From Cyanobacteria bacterium auto_48_18 (GTDB taxonomy: Bacteria; Cyanobacteriota; Vampirovibrionia; Obscuribacterales; Obscuribacteraceae): a stretch of DNA of 64,000 bases. This document shows positions 19,345-29,488 of this stretch, one piece after another. The DNA lies in NCBI GenBank assembly GCA_036170915.1, contig JAVHQC010000036.1, forward strand, positions 64,001 to 128,000, given 5' to 3'. A program made the position numbers and the translations under genes. Each line of letters opens with the position of its first letter. Position 1 is the stretch's first letter. The notes under the pieces were generated by a model that saw only the letters and a program-made list of their open reading frames with translations, was not told the origin of the DNA and searched no databases.

Positions 19345-20493
19345 GTGTCCAGCAATCAGAAATCAGTGCGAGTAGGCGAGCTTTTAGTCGATGCTCAAAT
19401 AATAAGCTCAGCTGAAATGACGGAAGCCATTCAGGTGTCGAAGCGTCTCGGAGTACCCATCGGCCGGGTACTGATGATGAGTGGCAGTGTACGCCATGAC
19501 GAACTGGCGGCTTCTTTACAGATTCAGCCCCTGGTGCGCGAAGGGCAAATTCCTTATGAGGCCGCTATTAGCGGTCTTAAACGTGTTCACCAGTTGCGCA
19601 TGACTATGGCTGATGCCCTGGCGCGAGAAGATTTGCGGCCAGACCTGATAGACAATCCAGAATATCTGGGCGAGCTTTTGCTCGATTCTAATCTTGTCGC
19701 TCCTGAAGATATGGAAAAGGCGATTCAAACCAGTATGGCATCCGGCATCCCGCTTGGCAGTGCTCTGGTCTTGCAAGGTTTGCTTTCACCGGCCCTATTT
19801 CCATCTTTGCAGCGCATTCAGCGCCAGTTGGTAGAAGGCACTATCAGTCGCGAAGACGGTATTAAAGAAGTTCAAGACACTTTCGTACACTGGCTCAAAG
19901 CCGAAGAGTCTAAAGATCGGCCTGATGTTGCACTTGAGTCTGGTGATGCCATTGCCGCCGACGACCATTATGAGGCTCCACAAGCGCCGCCGGCCACAAA
20001 CAATGGCCACAGTAGTCACAAAAAAGATGCGGCGCCGGCAGCTCCTGCCGCTGTTATTCCTCAGCCTGAGCCCGTGAAAGCTAAGGCTGAAAGTGTGGCC
20101 GAGGTCAGACTGGTAGATCTGCTTAAAAGCGCCGGTGTGTTTTCACAGGCCGACGTACAGAGACGCTACGAAGCCATGCTCAAAGATCCGGTACGCTCAG
20201 CCAAGTTTTTCTTCGAGCTGGGTCTGTTGGCCGAAGAAGATATAAAGAATGCTGTACGCAGTCACGCTCTGATGACTAAAGGCAGCCTGACCAGAGAAGA
20301 AGCAATTTTCGCTCTCAATAGTTGCCGCACTGCTGACTTGGAAAAACAGTTAACCACTGCGGCGCCGAACACTGCCAGAGTCGACCGCTATATGGATAAA
20401 GAACAGCGCAATGTGATGTCAAAAGTTCTTGGCGGCGCTCTCTTCGGAGCCTTAATTGCTGGTTTTACTTTCTCTAACCGTGGCAAAAAATAG
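19345..20493 (+). CDS. Tandem MshEN-like repeat protein with a C-terminal membrane anchor
   Basis: RVGELLVDAQII...PIGRVL; YLGELLLDSNLV...PLGSALV; C-terminal VLGGALFGALIAGFTF. Confidence 0.75.
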   Translation: MSSNQKSVRVGELLVDAQIISSAEMTEAIQVSKRLGVPIGRVLMMSGSVRHDELAASLQIQPLVREGQIPYEAAISGLKRVHQLRMTMADALAREDLRPDLIDNPEYLGELLLDSNLVAPEDMEKAIQTSMASGIPLGSALVLQGLLSPALFPSLQRIQRQLVEGTISREDGIKEVQDTFVHWLKAEESKDRPDVALESGDAIAADDHYEAPQAPPATNNGHSSHKKDAAPAAPAAVIPQPEPVKAKAESVAEVRLVDLLKSAGVFSQADVQRRYEAMLKDPVRSAKFFFELGLLAEEDIKNAVRSHALMTKGSLTREEAIFALNSCRTADLEKQLTTAAPNTARVDRYMDKEQRNVMSKVLGGALFGALIAGFTFSNRGKK

Positions 20494-20507
20494 CCATTAA
20501 GTTGAAT

Positions 20508-21695
20508 CTAACTAGAAGTAGCGGCGGATGTTGTCTTTGCCGCGTCCATTACATCAACTGCATCTACCAGCGAGCCGCCCAGGGCGATCTTTTCTACAGC
20601 CAGACTCTGGCGGTTGAAAAAGACGAAATCTGCAGCTTTGCCGGGTTCAAGCGAACCAATGAACTGATCAGCGCCAATGATGCGGGCAGGGTTGAGCGTA
20701 GCCATCTTAATGGCCTGAGCAAAGGTACAGATTCCCCACTTGACCATATTTTGCACTGCTTGCTCAAGACTGATAGATGAACCAACCAGCTCGCCGCCAG
20801 ATGTACCGATGGCGGCCCGGTCAGTGACAAGAATGCTTTTCTCGACTCCTTTGAGCGCAAAAATGAGAGCACAAGCCGCCTTGTCTAAGTGCAGACCATC
20901 AGCAATCAAGCAACAGGTGACCTCATTATTGAGCAAAGCTGCACCTACTGCGCCGAGCTGGCGGTGATGCAGTGGCGGCAGGGCGTTAAATGTATGGGTC
21001 ATAACCCTTACGCCTTGTTTGAAGGCAAGATTGGCTTGATCGAATGTAGCGTTGGAATGGCCAAGAGCGACGACAATACCCTGCTTTTGCAAAAATTCGA
21101 TGGCTTCACCCTGGCCGTCGCCTTCGCAAGCAGCCGTAAACAAAGCAACTGCAGGATCGCACAGGCTTTTGGCATTGGCAGTAGTAAACGGAATTATCCA
21201 CTGAGGCGGATGAACGCCAGGGCGTTGGGGCGACAGACATGGACCTTCCAGGTGAATGCCTATCATGCGCGACAGGGGTGGGCTTTCAGCACCAGTGTTA
21301 AGCAGCTGGCGACTTGCACCCTGCGCTTTAAGGAAGGCAATGTTCTTAACTAGATGGCTAACTTCGGCAGTGATGAGCGTGGGCAGAAAAGCCGTAACTC
21401 CATGGCTGAGTAACTCGGCGCGCATAGCTTTGATTTTCGCTGCTGAGCCAGTGGTCTCAACAAGATTTTGCCATAGATCGCAGTCAGGTCCGCCATTCAT
21501 CTGCAAATCAATCAAACCAGGCGTGACATAACAGCCTGCGGCATCAATCTTTTTAAATGTCTCCTGACCGATTGCCGAACTTTGCGGTAAGTTATCTCCG
21601 ATATGGAAAATCTTGCCGTCATGCGTCCAAAGTCGAGTCAGTCTTTCTTTTTCAGGTGTAATTAAGTAACCGTTCTCAATAACCAGACTATTCAT
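20508..21695 (-). CDS. nagA: N-acetylglucosamine-6-phosphate deacetylase
   Basis: PGLIDLQMNG, GVTAFLPTLIT, GIHLEGP, GHSNAT, THTFNA, IADGLH, NPA, GSLEPGKAAD. Confidence 0.92.
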   Translation of the reverse strand: MNSLVIENGYLITPEKERLTRLWTHDGKIFHIGDNLPQSSAIGQETFKKIDAAGCYVTPGLIDLQMNGGPDCDLWQNLVETTGSAAKIKAMRAELLSHGVTAFLPTLITAEVSHLVKNIAFLKAQGASRQLLNTGAESPPLSRMIGIHLEGPCLSPQRPGVHPPQWIIPFTTANAKSLCDPAVALFTAACEGDGQGEAIEFLQKQGIVVALGHSNATFDQANLAFKQGVRVMTHTFNALPPLHHRQLGAVGAALLNNEVTCCLIADGLHLDKAACALIFALKGVEKSILVTDRAAIGTSGGELVGSSISLEQAVQNMVKWGICTFAQAIKMATLNPARIIGADQFIGSLEPGKAADFVFFNRQSLAVEKIALGGSLVDAVDVMDAAKTTSAATSS

Positions 21696-21936
21696 TGGTA
21701 CTCATTGCTATCAATTGACATCCTTAACAAGCTGTAGTATCGCTTGAGTTCTCTTTGCAAGCACAGTTTTCTCAAGTATGATGGATGAAGGCTATGCGCA
21801 GTCTAGATTTTATTATCCTTCTTCATCTCTTTTAGATAAATAAGAGAACAGATCCTTACCAAAGGCTGGGTAGGAGATACAATTCTTAGTTGAACAAATC
21901 TTCAGTTGAACCCATGCAGTAACTCTTGTCAGGTCT

Positions 21937-22434
21937 ATGCCCGAAATAAATTCTTCCAGCGCTTCTTCTACCTCGCAACCTGCGGCATCTGCTTCAGATG
22001 CTGGGTCGCTTACTTTGAAGCTGTTGGAATTGCAAGAAGCACTGGTGCAATCGCAAGAAAAAAACCTGATGCTTTCTGCGCAACTGCGAGAACTTGAGCG
22101 TACAGGTCGCGATGGCGAAGATTTGAAATCGGAACTTATTAACCAGGGCCTGCTACTTACCGATAAAAGTCGCGAAAATAAACAGCTGCATCAAGAACTT
22201 GGTCGCATCACCAGTTTGCTTGAGCAAAAATTGCAAGAAGTAGAAGAGTTAAGAGCGTCGGTGGTGGAGCTTGGCCACCAATTGAAGACTCGTGAGTCGG
22301 AACGCGATTTGCTGGCAGTAATGCTAAATGAAGCCGAAAACGCTCAACGTCGTCAGACAACAGAAGAAACCTACCAGCAAGTGGCGAAAGACACGCCGGG
22401 CTGGCTCAAAGCCTTTAAGGGCAAAAACAACTAA
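21937..22434 (+). CDS. Coiled-coil protein
   Basis: Heptad L/E/Q-rich sequence; ends 3 nt before meaB. Confidence 0.75.
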   Translation: MPEINSSSASSTSQPAASASDAGSLTLKLLELQEALVQSQEKNLMLSAQLRELERTGRDGEDLKSELINQGLLLTDKSRENKQLHQELGRITSLLEQKLQEVEELRASVVELGHQLKTRESERDLLAVMLNEAENAQRRQTTEETYQQVAKDTPGWLKAFKGKNN

Positions 22435-22437
22435 ATT

Positions 22438-23406
22438 TTGAACTCAAATGTAGACCTCATTGCTAAAGAACTGCTGGCCGGTAACAGGCGGGCTCTCGGT
22501 CGCGCTATTTCGCTGGTTGAAAACGGTGGAGCCGATGCCACCAGTCTGGTGCACGAACTTTACCAACATACGGGCAAGGCTCATATCATTGGCGTCACGG
22601 GCTCACCAGGAGTGGGCAAGTCGACTTTAGTAGATGCACTGATAACAGAATGCCGTAAAGAAGATTTGAAAGTGGCTGTGCTGGCTGTAGATCCTTCAAG
22701 CCCATTTACCGGGGGAGCCATTCTTGGTGACCGCATACGCATGCAAGGACACACTTTAGATCGTAATGTATTCATTCGCTCTATGGCTAATCGCGGCCAC
22801 CAGGGCGGAGTTTCACTGGCAACTTATGATGCCATTCGCATGCTCGAAGCTTCCGGCTATCAAGTCATAATTATTGAAACCGTTGGTGTAGGCCAATCTG
22901 AGCTGGCCATTGCTCAGCATGCCGACACCACTATTTTGGTTTTGATGCCAGGATCAGGTGATGATATTCAAGCAATCAAATCTGGCATCATGGAGATCGG
23001 CGATATTTTTGTGGTCAATAAAGGCGACCTGCCTGGCGCCAATAAATCGGCCAGCGAGATTACAGCTTCTTTAGAGCTAAATCATTTTCAAACTTCGTGG
23101 CGTCCACCCGTGGTGCTGGCTATTGCTGAAACTGGTCAGGGTGTTGACCAATTGTGGCAGGCAGCCAAAGATCACAAAAAATTTCTCACAGATGAAAATC
23201 TACTCGACTCAAGACGCAGTTTGCGCATTCGTGCTGAACTTTCAGAAATAGTGGCCGATATTGCTCGGCGCAACTTGCAAGGCTCTATGGATAGTGACAG
23301 CGTGCGTCAAATTTTGAGCCAGATCGTCAACCGCGAAGTTGATCCGCACACTGCCGCAATGAATTTATTGCCTGGCTTATTTAACGGCGTCACTTGCCGC
23401 TCTTAG
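22438..23406 (+). CDS. meaB: MeaB/ArgK family GTPase (cobalamin-dependent mutase chaperone)
   Basis: GVTGSPGVGKST; AVDPSSPFTGGAILGDRIRM; IETVGVGQSE; VVNKGD. Confidence 0.93.
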   Translation: MNSNVDLIAKELLAGNRRALGRAISLVENGGADATSLVHELYQHTGKAHIIGVTGSPGVGKSTLVDALITECRKEDLKVAVLAVDPSSPFTGGAILGDRIRMQGHTLDRNVFIRSMANRGHQGGVSLATYDAIRMLEASGYQVIIIETVGVGQSELAIAQHADTTILVLMPGSGDDIQAIKSGIMEIGDIFVVNKGDLPGANKSASEITASLELNHFQTSWRPPVVLAIAETGQGVDQLWQAAKDHKKFLTDENLLDSRRSLRIRAELSEIVADIARRNLQGSMDSDSVRQILSQIVNREVDPHTAAMNLLPGLFNGVTCRS

Positions 23407-23717
23407 CTGCTTCTATATAGCCTCTATATGCAATGCATGAGCTTAGTTGATACCGCCGGTGATGTGACTGCTTTAGAGCAGATAAATTTGATAATTCTCT
23501 AAATAGTTTCATATTCCCGCAATACGGCTGGTACTGGGGAAGACTACAGTTCCTTACTGATATGTCATCAAGATCTAGTGCGATCGTATATGCACCCACT
23601 ATCTCAAGCGGCTTGACGTGCGGGTATCAGCACAATAGGATGGTAACGTTGAACTTCACATTTGTTTAGCCGGTTCAACCTTTCCCTTATAACCCTCTAC
23701 CCGCGCGGATTACTTTC

Positions 23718-24575
23718 GTGTCTAAAATTGCCATAATCAGTCAACCAGATCAGGGCGTCTTAATTGATGTCGGCGGTTGTTCATCACTTAAAGAAGCACT
23801 GGAACATTTAAGTTCGACTCTGCAATCTTCCAATCAATTTTGGAAAGGTCACAAGGTCATTCTTGGCCTGGGTGGCATTGAGCTCACCGTGGCACAGGCA
23901 GCGCAAGTTTTAGCGCTCGCTAAAGGCGTTGGTGTATTCCCTGAAGAAGTTTATTCCAAGAACGAAAAAACCAGAGCCGCCTTTTTAGAAAACAGCGTCA
24001 AGGTGACTAACAGCTTGCCCATGTCGCTACCCAAGATCAATGTTGATATTCCGCTTGGTGGCATACCATTTGCTACTGCTGATGCAGACAGTGACTCAGA
24101 ATCGCAAAATAAAAATGTGGTGCTCGATGTCACCATGATTGAAATGGAACATGACACCGTTGAAGATACGCCGCTGCCTGCCGCCAAAGTTGAAGTAGAC
24201 AAAGATGGCGCTGTAGTGACTACAGTTTTGCCACAAGTGCTTTATATCAAGCAAACCTTGCGCTCGGGCCAGGTAGTCAGCCATAAAGGCGATCTGGTAA
24301 TTGTGGGTGACGTTAATCCGGGGGCTGAAATTTTAGCCGAAGGTGACATTACAGTTTGGGGAAGTTTGCGTGGTATCGCTCACGCTGGTATCGGCGGTAA
24401 TACCGAAGCCGAAATCAGAGCGCTTAACTTGCAGCCGATTCAAATTCGAATTGCCCACGCGATTGCCCGCGCTCCCGACCGCCCGCGCATCACTTATGCG
24501 AACGGCACGGGCCCTGAAATTGCCCGCATAGTCGAAGGCAAGATTCGCATTCAAAAAAACAAGATTGAAAACTAG
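23718..24575 (+). CDS. minC: Septum site-determining protein MinC
   Basis: TLRSGQ...GDLVIVGDVNPGAEI.A.G.I.VWG.LRGIAHAG; upstream of minD. Confidence 0.93.
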   Translation: MSKIAIISQPDQGVLIDVGGCSSLKEALEHLSSTLQSSNQFWKGHKVILGLGGIELTVAQAAQVLALAKGVGVFPEEVYSKNEKTRAAFLENSVKVTNSLPMSLPKINVDIPLGGIPFATADADSDSESQNKNVVLDVTMIEMEHDTVEDTPLPAAKVEVDKDGAVVTTVLPQVLYIKQTLRSGQVVSHKGDLVIVGDVNPGAEILAEGDITVWGSLRGIAHAGIGGNTEAEIRALNLQPIQIRIAHAIARAPDRPRITYANGTGPEIARIVEGKIRIQKNKIEN

Positions 24576-24639
24576 AAATCTAATTCTAGTTCCCAAAGTT
24601 TCTTACAGTCATTATTACAAAGCCATACGAGGATACTAA

Positions 24640-25455
24640 ATGAGCGGACGAGTAATCGTAATCACCTCCGGCAAGGGTGGTGTTGGCAAGACAACAGCTT
24701 CTGCCAATATCGGCGTGGCTCTTGCCTCCACAGGGGTGAGCGTTGCCCTGGTGGATATGGATATAGGACTGCGCAATCTCGACATCTTGATGGGTCTCGA
24801 AAACCGCGTGGTCTACAACCTGGTTGATGTGGTGGAAGAGCGTTGCAAACTGCGCCAAGCTCTGGTCAAAGACAAAAAGTTGCCAAACTTGAGTCTATTG
24901 CCCGCAGCTCAAACCAGAGACAAATCAGCAGTCAATGCTGAGCAAATGAAAGCTCTCTGCGGCGAACTGAAAAGCATGTACGATTTTGTGCTCGTTGACA
25001 GCCCGGCTGGTATTGAGCAAGGTTTCCAGAATGCTGTGGCTGGTGCTGACGAAGCTATTGTCATCACCACCCCTGAAATGTCTGCCGTGCGTGACGCTGA
25101 CCGCATTATCGGTTTGCTTGAAGCTCGTAAAGACGAAATTAAAGAATATCGCCTGGTGCTCAATCGTTATAGACCAACAATGGTGGCCAATAACGACATG
25201 ATGAGCGTTGACGATGTGCTCGAAATTCTTTCTGTAAAACTGCTTGGTGTAGTGCCTGAAGATGAAGACATCATCATCTCCACTAACAAAGGCGAGCCCA
25301 TTTCCGGCACCGACAACATCAGAGCTGGCCTCGCATATCGCAATATCGCTCGTCGCATTCGCGGTGAAGATGTAGCGATAATGGATCTTGAATCTAAGAA
25401 TTCCACCTGGATCAACAAGATCGTCAGCTTCTTTAATCCCACAGTTAGAGTTTAA
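24640..25455 (+). CDS. minD: Septum site-determining ATPase MinD
   Basis: TSGKGGVGKTT; DIGLRNLD; DSPAGIEQGF; AVRDADRIIGLL; amphipathic C-terminus. Confidence 0.97.
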   Translation: MSGRVIVITSGKGGVGKTTASANIGVALASTGVSVALVDMDIGLRNLDILMGLENRVVYNLVDVVEERCKLRQALVKDKKLPNLSLLPAAQTRDKSAVNAEQMKALCGELKSMYDFVLVDSPAGIEQGFQNAVAGADEAIVITTPEMSAVRDADRIIGLLEARKDEIKEYRLVLNRYRPTMVANNDMMSVDDVLEILSVKLLGVVPEDEDIIISTNKGEPISGTDNIRAGLAYRNIARRIRGEDVAIMDLESKNSTWINKIVSFFNPTVRV

Positions 25456-25469
25456 GGGAGGAGGTAACA

Positions 25470-25733
25470 GTGCAAATGCAAATATTCAACTGGCTCTTCC
25501 CCGCAAAAGGCGACGACGTTCGTTCTACAGCCAAAGACAGAATGCGCAGCATGCTGACTCATGACCGTTTAGAGCTGCCCGCCGGCCGTCTGGAAACCCT
25601 GGAAGAAGAGCTTATGGCAGTGGTCGGCCGCTACTTTGAGCTTGATAAAGACACAACTCACTTCGATCTGCAACAATATGAGCGTCGGGCCAGCTTAATC
25701 GCTAATTTCCGATTGCTTCGCTCCAAGTGCTAA
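25470..25733 (+). CDS. minE: Cell division topological specificity factor MinE
   Basis: AKDRMRSMLTHDR...ELMAVVGRYFE; position after minD. Confidence 0.9.
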   Translation: MQMQIFNWLFPAKGDDVRSTAKDRMRSMLTHDRLELPAGRLETLEEELMAVVGRYFELDKDTTHFDLQQYERRASLIANFRLLRSKC

Positions 25734-25761
25734 TTCTGATTAAGAGCATAATGCAGATTTC

Positions 25762-27063
25762 GTGACTTCTCGAGTCGCTCCATCATCACTAATCCCGTCC
25801 GCTGTGCGGAGCCTGTTCAATGTCGTCAACGGCATCGACTTTTGGCTTCTCGGAGCGACGGGATTTTTGATTGCGGTGGGTTTGAACGTGCTGCATTTTT
25901 CGCAGCATACTCAAGGCTATTTTGATAAACAGTTGAGCTACATGTACGCCGGTCTGGCCCTGATGGTGATCGTCAGCCGTATTCCCCATAAATTATGGAC
26001 GAATAAGTGGATGGTCAGTTTGATGTACTTAGTCAATCTTGGACTGCTTGTAGCCGTTATGCTCAAAGGTCACGCCGCCCAGGGGGCGCAGAGATGGCTG
26101 GCGCTGGGACCGATCACACTACAGCCTTCCGAGCTGGCCAAACTAGTGGTAATTTTTTCACTGGCCGCCTGGTTGAGAAATCATCGCATCAATTCGTTTT
26201 TTGATATTTTCAAAATACTGGGCATCATGCTTGTGCCGGCAGTGCTGGTATTCAAGCAGCCAGACTTAGGCACGTCTCTGACTTTTGGTGCCGTCTTCCT
26301 TGGCCTTTCCTACTGGTCGGGTGCCACGGTGATGGACATTCTGGTGCTGATTAGCCCTTTGCTTTCGCTCATTCTCAACGCGCTTAATCTGGAGTGGTGG
26401 CACATGTTTTTAGGAGCCCTGGCTGTGGTGCTCTTAATTTTCTGGCGCACATTTGATTGGAAGATTTGGATTCGGCTGGCCATGATTGTTGTGGTGATGG
26501 CGGCAAATTATGGCTGCGGCGAGGCCCGGCCACATCTCTGGGGTTTACTGAAAGAGTATCAGCAGAAGCGGCTCACCAGTTTCGTAAATCCATATGACGA
26601 CCCCAGGGGCTCTGGTTATCATATTTTGCAAAGTTTAATCGCCATTGGCTCTGGTGGCATCAGTGGTGCTGGTCTAGGACACGGCAATCAGGCCCAGGGC
26701 GCATTTATCCCTGAACGACACACCGACTTTATTTTTGCTGTGATCGGCGAAGAGTTAGGGTTTCGCATCTGTCTACTTATTGTCATCGCCTACGGAATAA
26801 TTTGTCTGCGAGCTCTGTTTATTGCCCATCAATCCAGGGGTGACCCCGCCGGGGCGGCTATGGCTATTGGTCTTATGTGCATGTTTCTCTTTCACGCTTT
26901 CATCAATATTGGCATGACCATCGGCTGTATGCCGGTGGCCGGTGTGCCGCTGCCATTTCTCAGTTATGGCGGCACGGCTTTGATTGTCGATCTCGTTGCC
27001 ATCGGCCTGTTGCAGTCAATTTATTATCACAACCCTAAAGAAGTGAAAGACGACTGGGGTTAG
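25762..27063 (+). CDS. rodA: Rod shape-determining SEDS protein RodA
   Basis: GAQRWL...QPSELAK; QPDLGT; GYHILQSLIAIGSGG; PERHTDFIF; GVPLPFLSYGG. Confidence 0.9.
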   Translation: MTSRVAPSSLIPSAVRSLFNVVNGIDFWLLGATGFLIAVGLNVLHFSQHTQGYFDKQLSYMYAGLALMVIVSRIPHKLWTNKWMVSLMYLVNLGLLVAVMLKGHAAQGAQRWLALGPITLQPSELAKLVVIFSLAAWLRNHRINSFFDIFKILGIMLVPAVLVFKQPDLGTSLTFGAVFLGLSYWSGATVMDILVLISPLLSLILNALNLEWWHMFLGALAVVLLIFWRTFDWKIWIRLAMIVVVMAANYGCGEARPHLWGLLKEYQQKRLTSFVNPYDDPRGSGYHILQSLIAIGSGGISGAGLGHGNQAQGAFIPERHTDFIFAVIGEELGFRICLLIVIAYGIICLRALFIAHQSRGDPAGAAMAIGLMCMFLFHAFINIGMTIGCMPVAGVPLPFLSYGGTALIVDLVAIGLLQSIYYHNPKEVKDDWG

Positions 27064-27217
27064 ATAACACTATCAATATAGGGCCCGCCTGCGGCTAACA
27101 TAGATATTTCGTACTTTGTTCCAACGTTGTTCACACTATGCAAGCATAATTTTATCTGTAAGCCTCGTGGCACGATTTGGTGGTCTAGGCAAACGAACGC
27201 GATTTTAGCTTGCGCCA

Positions 27218-27253
27218 AAACGCAGAGAAATTTTCGAAAATTTCTCTGCGTTT
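27218..27253. repeat. Perfect 36-bp palindrome
   Basis: AAACGCAGAGAAATTTTC|GAAAATTTCTCTGCGTTT with no spacer. Confidence 0.95.
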
Positions 27254-27313
27254 CGGACACTTAAAATCAATCACCTGCCCCGAATACACCAAACAATACT
27301 CAAAGAGTCAAAC

Positions 27314-27766
27314 TTGAATTTCGAAATTGCCATTCTACTAGTAAACGCTTTTTCCACCTGGTTTATGACTGGCTTAATTTGGTTCGTTCAAGTTGTTCAC
27401 TATCCATTGTTTGATGGAGTTGGTGCCGAAGACTTTCAACGCTATGCAAACAGGCATCGCCATCTGACTTCACTTGTCGTGGCAGCGCCAATGTTGACTG
27501 AAGCTTTTAGTTCGGTGGTTCTGGCAGCAACTTGGAGCCGTGCGTACACCTGGTTATTGTGGCTCAATTTTGCCTTAGTCATAGCAATTTGGATTTCCAC
27601 AGCACTCTGCTCAATTCCATGTCATGAAAAACTTTGCGCTGGTGGCTATGTAGCCACGACACATCACTGGCTGGTTTTGAGCAACTGGTCGCGTACCTGC
27701 CTATGGACTATGAGATCACTAATTCTTGCTTTTGTGATTTACAGCTCGTTAACGAAAGCAAATTGA
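27314..27766 (+). CDS. Four-TM membrane protein of unknown function
   Basis: GLIWFVQVVHYPLF; four hydrophobic segments; NWSRT. Confidence 0.75.
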   Translation: MNFEIAILLVNAFSTWFMTGLIWFVQVVHYPLFDGVGAEDFQRYANRHRHLTSLVVAAPMLTEAFSSVVLAATWSRAYTWLLWLNFALVIAIWISTALCSIPCHEKLCAGGYVATTHHWLVLSNWSRTCLWTMRSLILAFVIYSSLTKAN

Positions 27767-27774
27767 TAATTGCG

Positions 27775-28104
27775 CTACTGCTTGGCAAATAGTTTATCCG
27801 CACCGTCACCTGGTTTCAGACGGTACAGGGCGATCAGGGCATAGATAGACATAGCGATGTTGCCGAGAAAAACAACAGCAAAGAACCACAATATTTTCTT
27901 TAAGAGTGATTTCTCCCGATAGCAGATCCAGAGAAAGAATGAGAGAAACGCGAAGTAGGCATCAAACAATGTGGCCTTGAACCAGGGATCGTTTAACACC
28001 ATTGGTGGTATCATCAAAATATTTTCGTGAGCGGCAGCCCAGATAGTTATGGCAACCATGGCTACGAAAATTGCAGCATAGAGTAATCTCAATAACAGAA
28101 TCAT
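27775..28104 (-). CDS. DUF1475-like small membrane protein
   Basis: PWFKATLFDAY...WICYRE...LGNIA. Confidence 0.7.
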   Translation of the reverse strand: MILLLRLLYAAIFVAMVAITIWAAAHENILMIPPMVLNDPWFKATLFDAYFAFLSFFLWICYREKSLLKKILWFFAVVFLGNIAMSIYALIALYRLKPGDGADKLFAKQ

Positions 28105-28763
28105 GACTTGAAATTCTTGTTTGGAGTCTCAACCCTGGTCTTAAGAGCGTTCAAAACTGTCGGTAGATAACCTTTGACTTGCGACGCCAGCAACCAAGGC
28201 GGCAGAATCAATCCACCATCTAAATGAATGCTATACACAACAGATGTAGCTGCAGTTTTGGCCATGGGCTTAAGCTCCCAAGTTCCCATCACTTCTTTAA
28301 ATGAACCCGACCGTCTTTTCCACTTAATCAACCCAGGTTTTTTCTCGGTCAAATTAACGACATAATCAAATTTGACTGGTCCACCTGGCTTGACCAGCTG
28401 CCTGACTAATTTCACTTCGCCCTCAGAGCCGATTACCTTACATAGACTTAGATTGGCGAAAATTTCAGGAGCCTTGTCATAATCGACTAAGGTATCCCAT
28501 ATTTTTTCTCGAGGTGCGTTGATTGTCACAGAACCAACCACGTAGGTGAGACCATCGCGTTTTTCGATTTTGACGATGGGCTTCTCACCAGCTTCGTCAC
28601 TATTCATGGGAATGCTCTCTTTGTTTGCCTGTTGAGCATATGCGCAGGAAGGATTAACTATGAGAAATGGGGCAACGCAAAATGGGCCCATAAAAAGAAG
28701 GCCAAAGCTGAATAGACTCGACAAAACAGTCTTTTGATTCACATCACTTTCCAGAGAAAACAC
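28101..28763 (-). CDS. START/SRPBCC (polyketide cyclase-like) protein
   Basis: INAPREKIWDTLVDYD; GSFKEVMGTWEL; C-terminal helix; start uncertain. Confidence 0.8.
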   Translation of the reverse strand: MFSLESDVNQKTVLSSLFSFGLLFMGPFCVAPFLIVNPSCAYAQQANKESIPMNSDEAGEKPIVKIEKRDGLTYVVGSVTINAPREKIWDTLVDYDKAPEIFANLSLCKVIGSEGEVKLVRQLVKPGGPVKFDYVVNLTEKKPGLIKWKRRSGSFKEVMGTWELKPMAKTAATSVVYSIHLDGGLILPPWLLASQVKGYLPTVLNALKTRVETPNKNFKS

Positions 28764-28770
28764 AAGTAAG

Positions 28771-28792
28771 GCCGGCGGTAGAGACCGCCGGC
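28771..28792 (-). terminator. GC-rich hairpin after the fasciclin gene
   Basis: GCCGGCGGT-N4-ACCGCCGGC, 10 nt past the stop, followed by a U-rich minus-strand tail. Confidence 0.65.
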
Positions 28793-28801
28793 GATCTTCA
28801 C

Positions 28802-29365
28802 TTATTCAGGCATTAACACTGTATCAATTACGTGGATTACTCCATTTGAGCATTTGATATCAGTAGCAGTAACCGTAGCATTTCCTACCATCACTTTACC
28901 GTCTGCTTGCTTAATAGCAACACTTGAACCTTCAAGAGTCTTAGCCGACTTCATTTTTACTACTTTACTAGCCAATACTTGACCATTGACAACGTGGTAG
29001 GTGAGCACTTTGGTGAGCTTGGCCTTATCGGCGAGCAAACCGTTGAGAGCGTCAGCAGGCACCTTGGCAAAGGCGGCATCATCTGGCGCAAAAACTGTGA
29101 AAGGGCCTTTACCCTTGAGAGTCTCGACCAAGCCGGCTGCACCCAAAGCTTTGGCCAATGTACCAAACTTGCCTGCGGCAACAGCAGTATCGACGATGTC
29201 ACTGGTGGCTGCATCCGAGGCTTTTTTTGTTTCGCTGCTCGCTACTTTAGTAGAGCAAGAGGATCCAGCAAGGGCAGCAGTGAACGGGGCCACGGCGCAG
29301 ACGCAGGCTAACGCAAATACTGCGCCTGAAGTCATGTAGGTGCGTTTCGATTTAGTTGACAACAT
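28802..29365 (-). CDS. Fasciclin (FAS1) domain protein, exported
   Basis: [50 protein letters not shown]. Confidence 0.95.
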   Translation of the reverse strand: MLSTKSKRTYMTSGAVFALACVCAVAPFTAALAGSSCSTKVASSETKKASDAATSDIVDTAVAAGKFGTLAKALGAAGLVETLKGKGPFTVFAPDDAAFAKVPADALNGLLADKAKLTKVLTYHVVNGQVLASKVVKMKSAKTLEGSSVAIKQADGKVMVGNATVTATDIKCSNGVIHVIDTVLMPE

Positions 29366-29422
29366 AATTTCCTCCCGCTGCCACTAGTAGGCAGCAATAT
29401 TTAACTGGTGACTGAAAGAATT

Positions 29423-29448
29423 TTGACTCAAAATACATTTATAGTCAA
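29423..29448. promoter_or_regulatory. Candidate TetR operator TTGACT-N14-AGTCAA
   Basis: Inverted repeat in the divergent fasciclin/TetR intergenic region. Confidence 0.45.
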
Positions 29449-29488
29449 TCCTCTAGTCGTTAATTGTAAAATGTGTCAGGAGAGAAGA

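Noticed and set aside
21715..21740. TTGACA...TAGTAT sigma70-like promoter
   Set aside because: Spacer is only 14 nt; TTGACT...TATAAT at 53745-53769 likewise has only 13 nt
22438..23406. meaB without an adjacent mutase
   Set aside because: meaB is often unlinked; the mutase may lie outside the window
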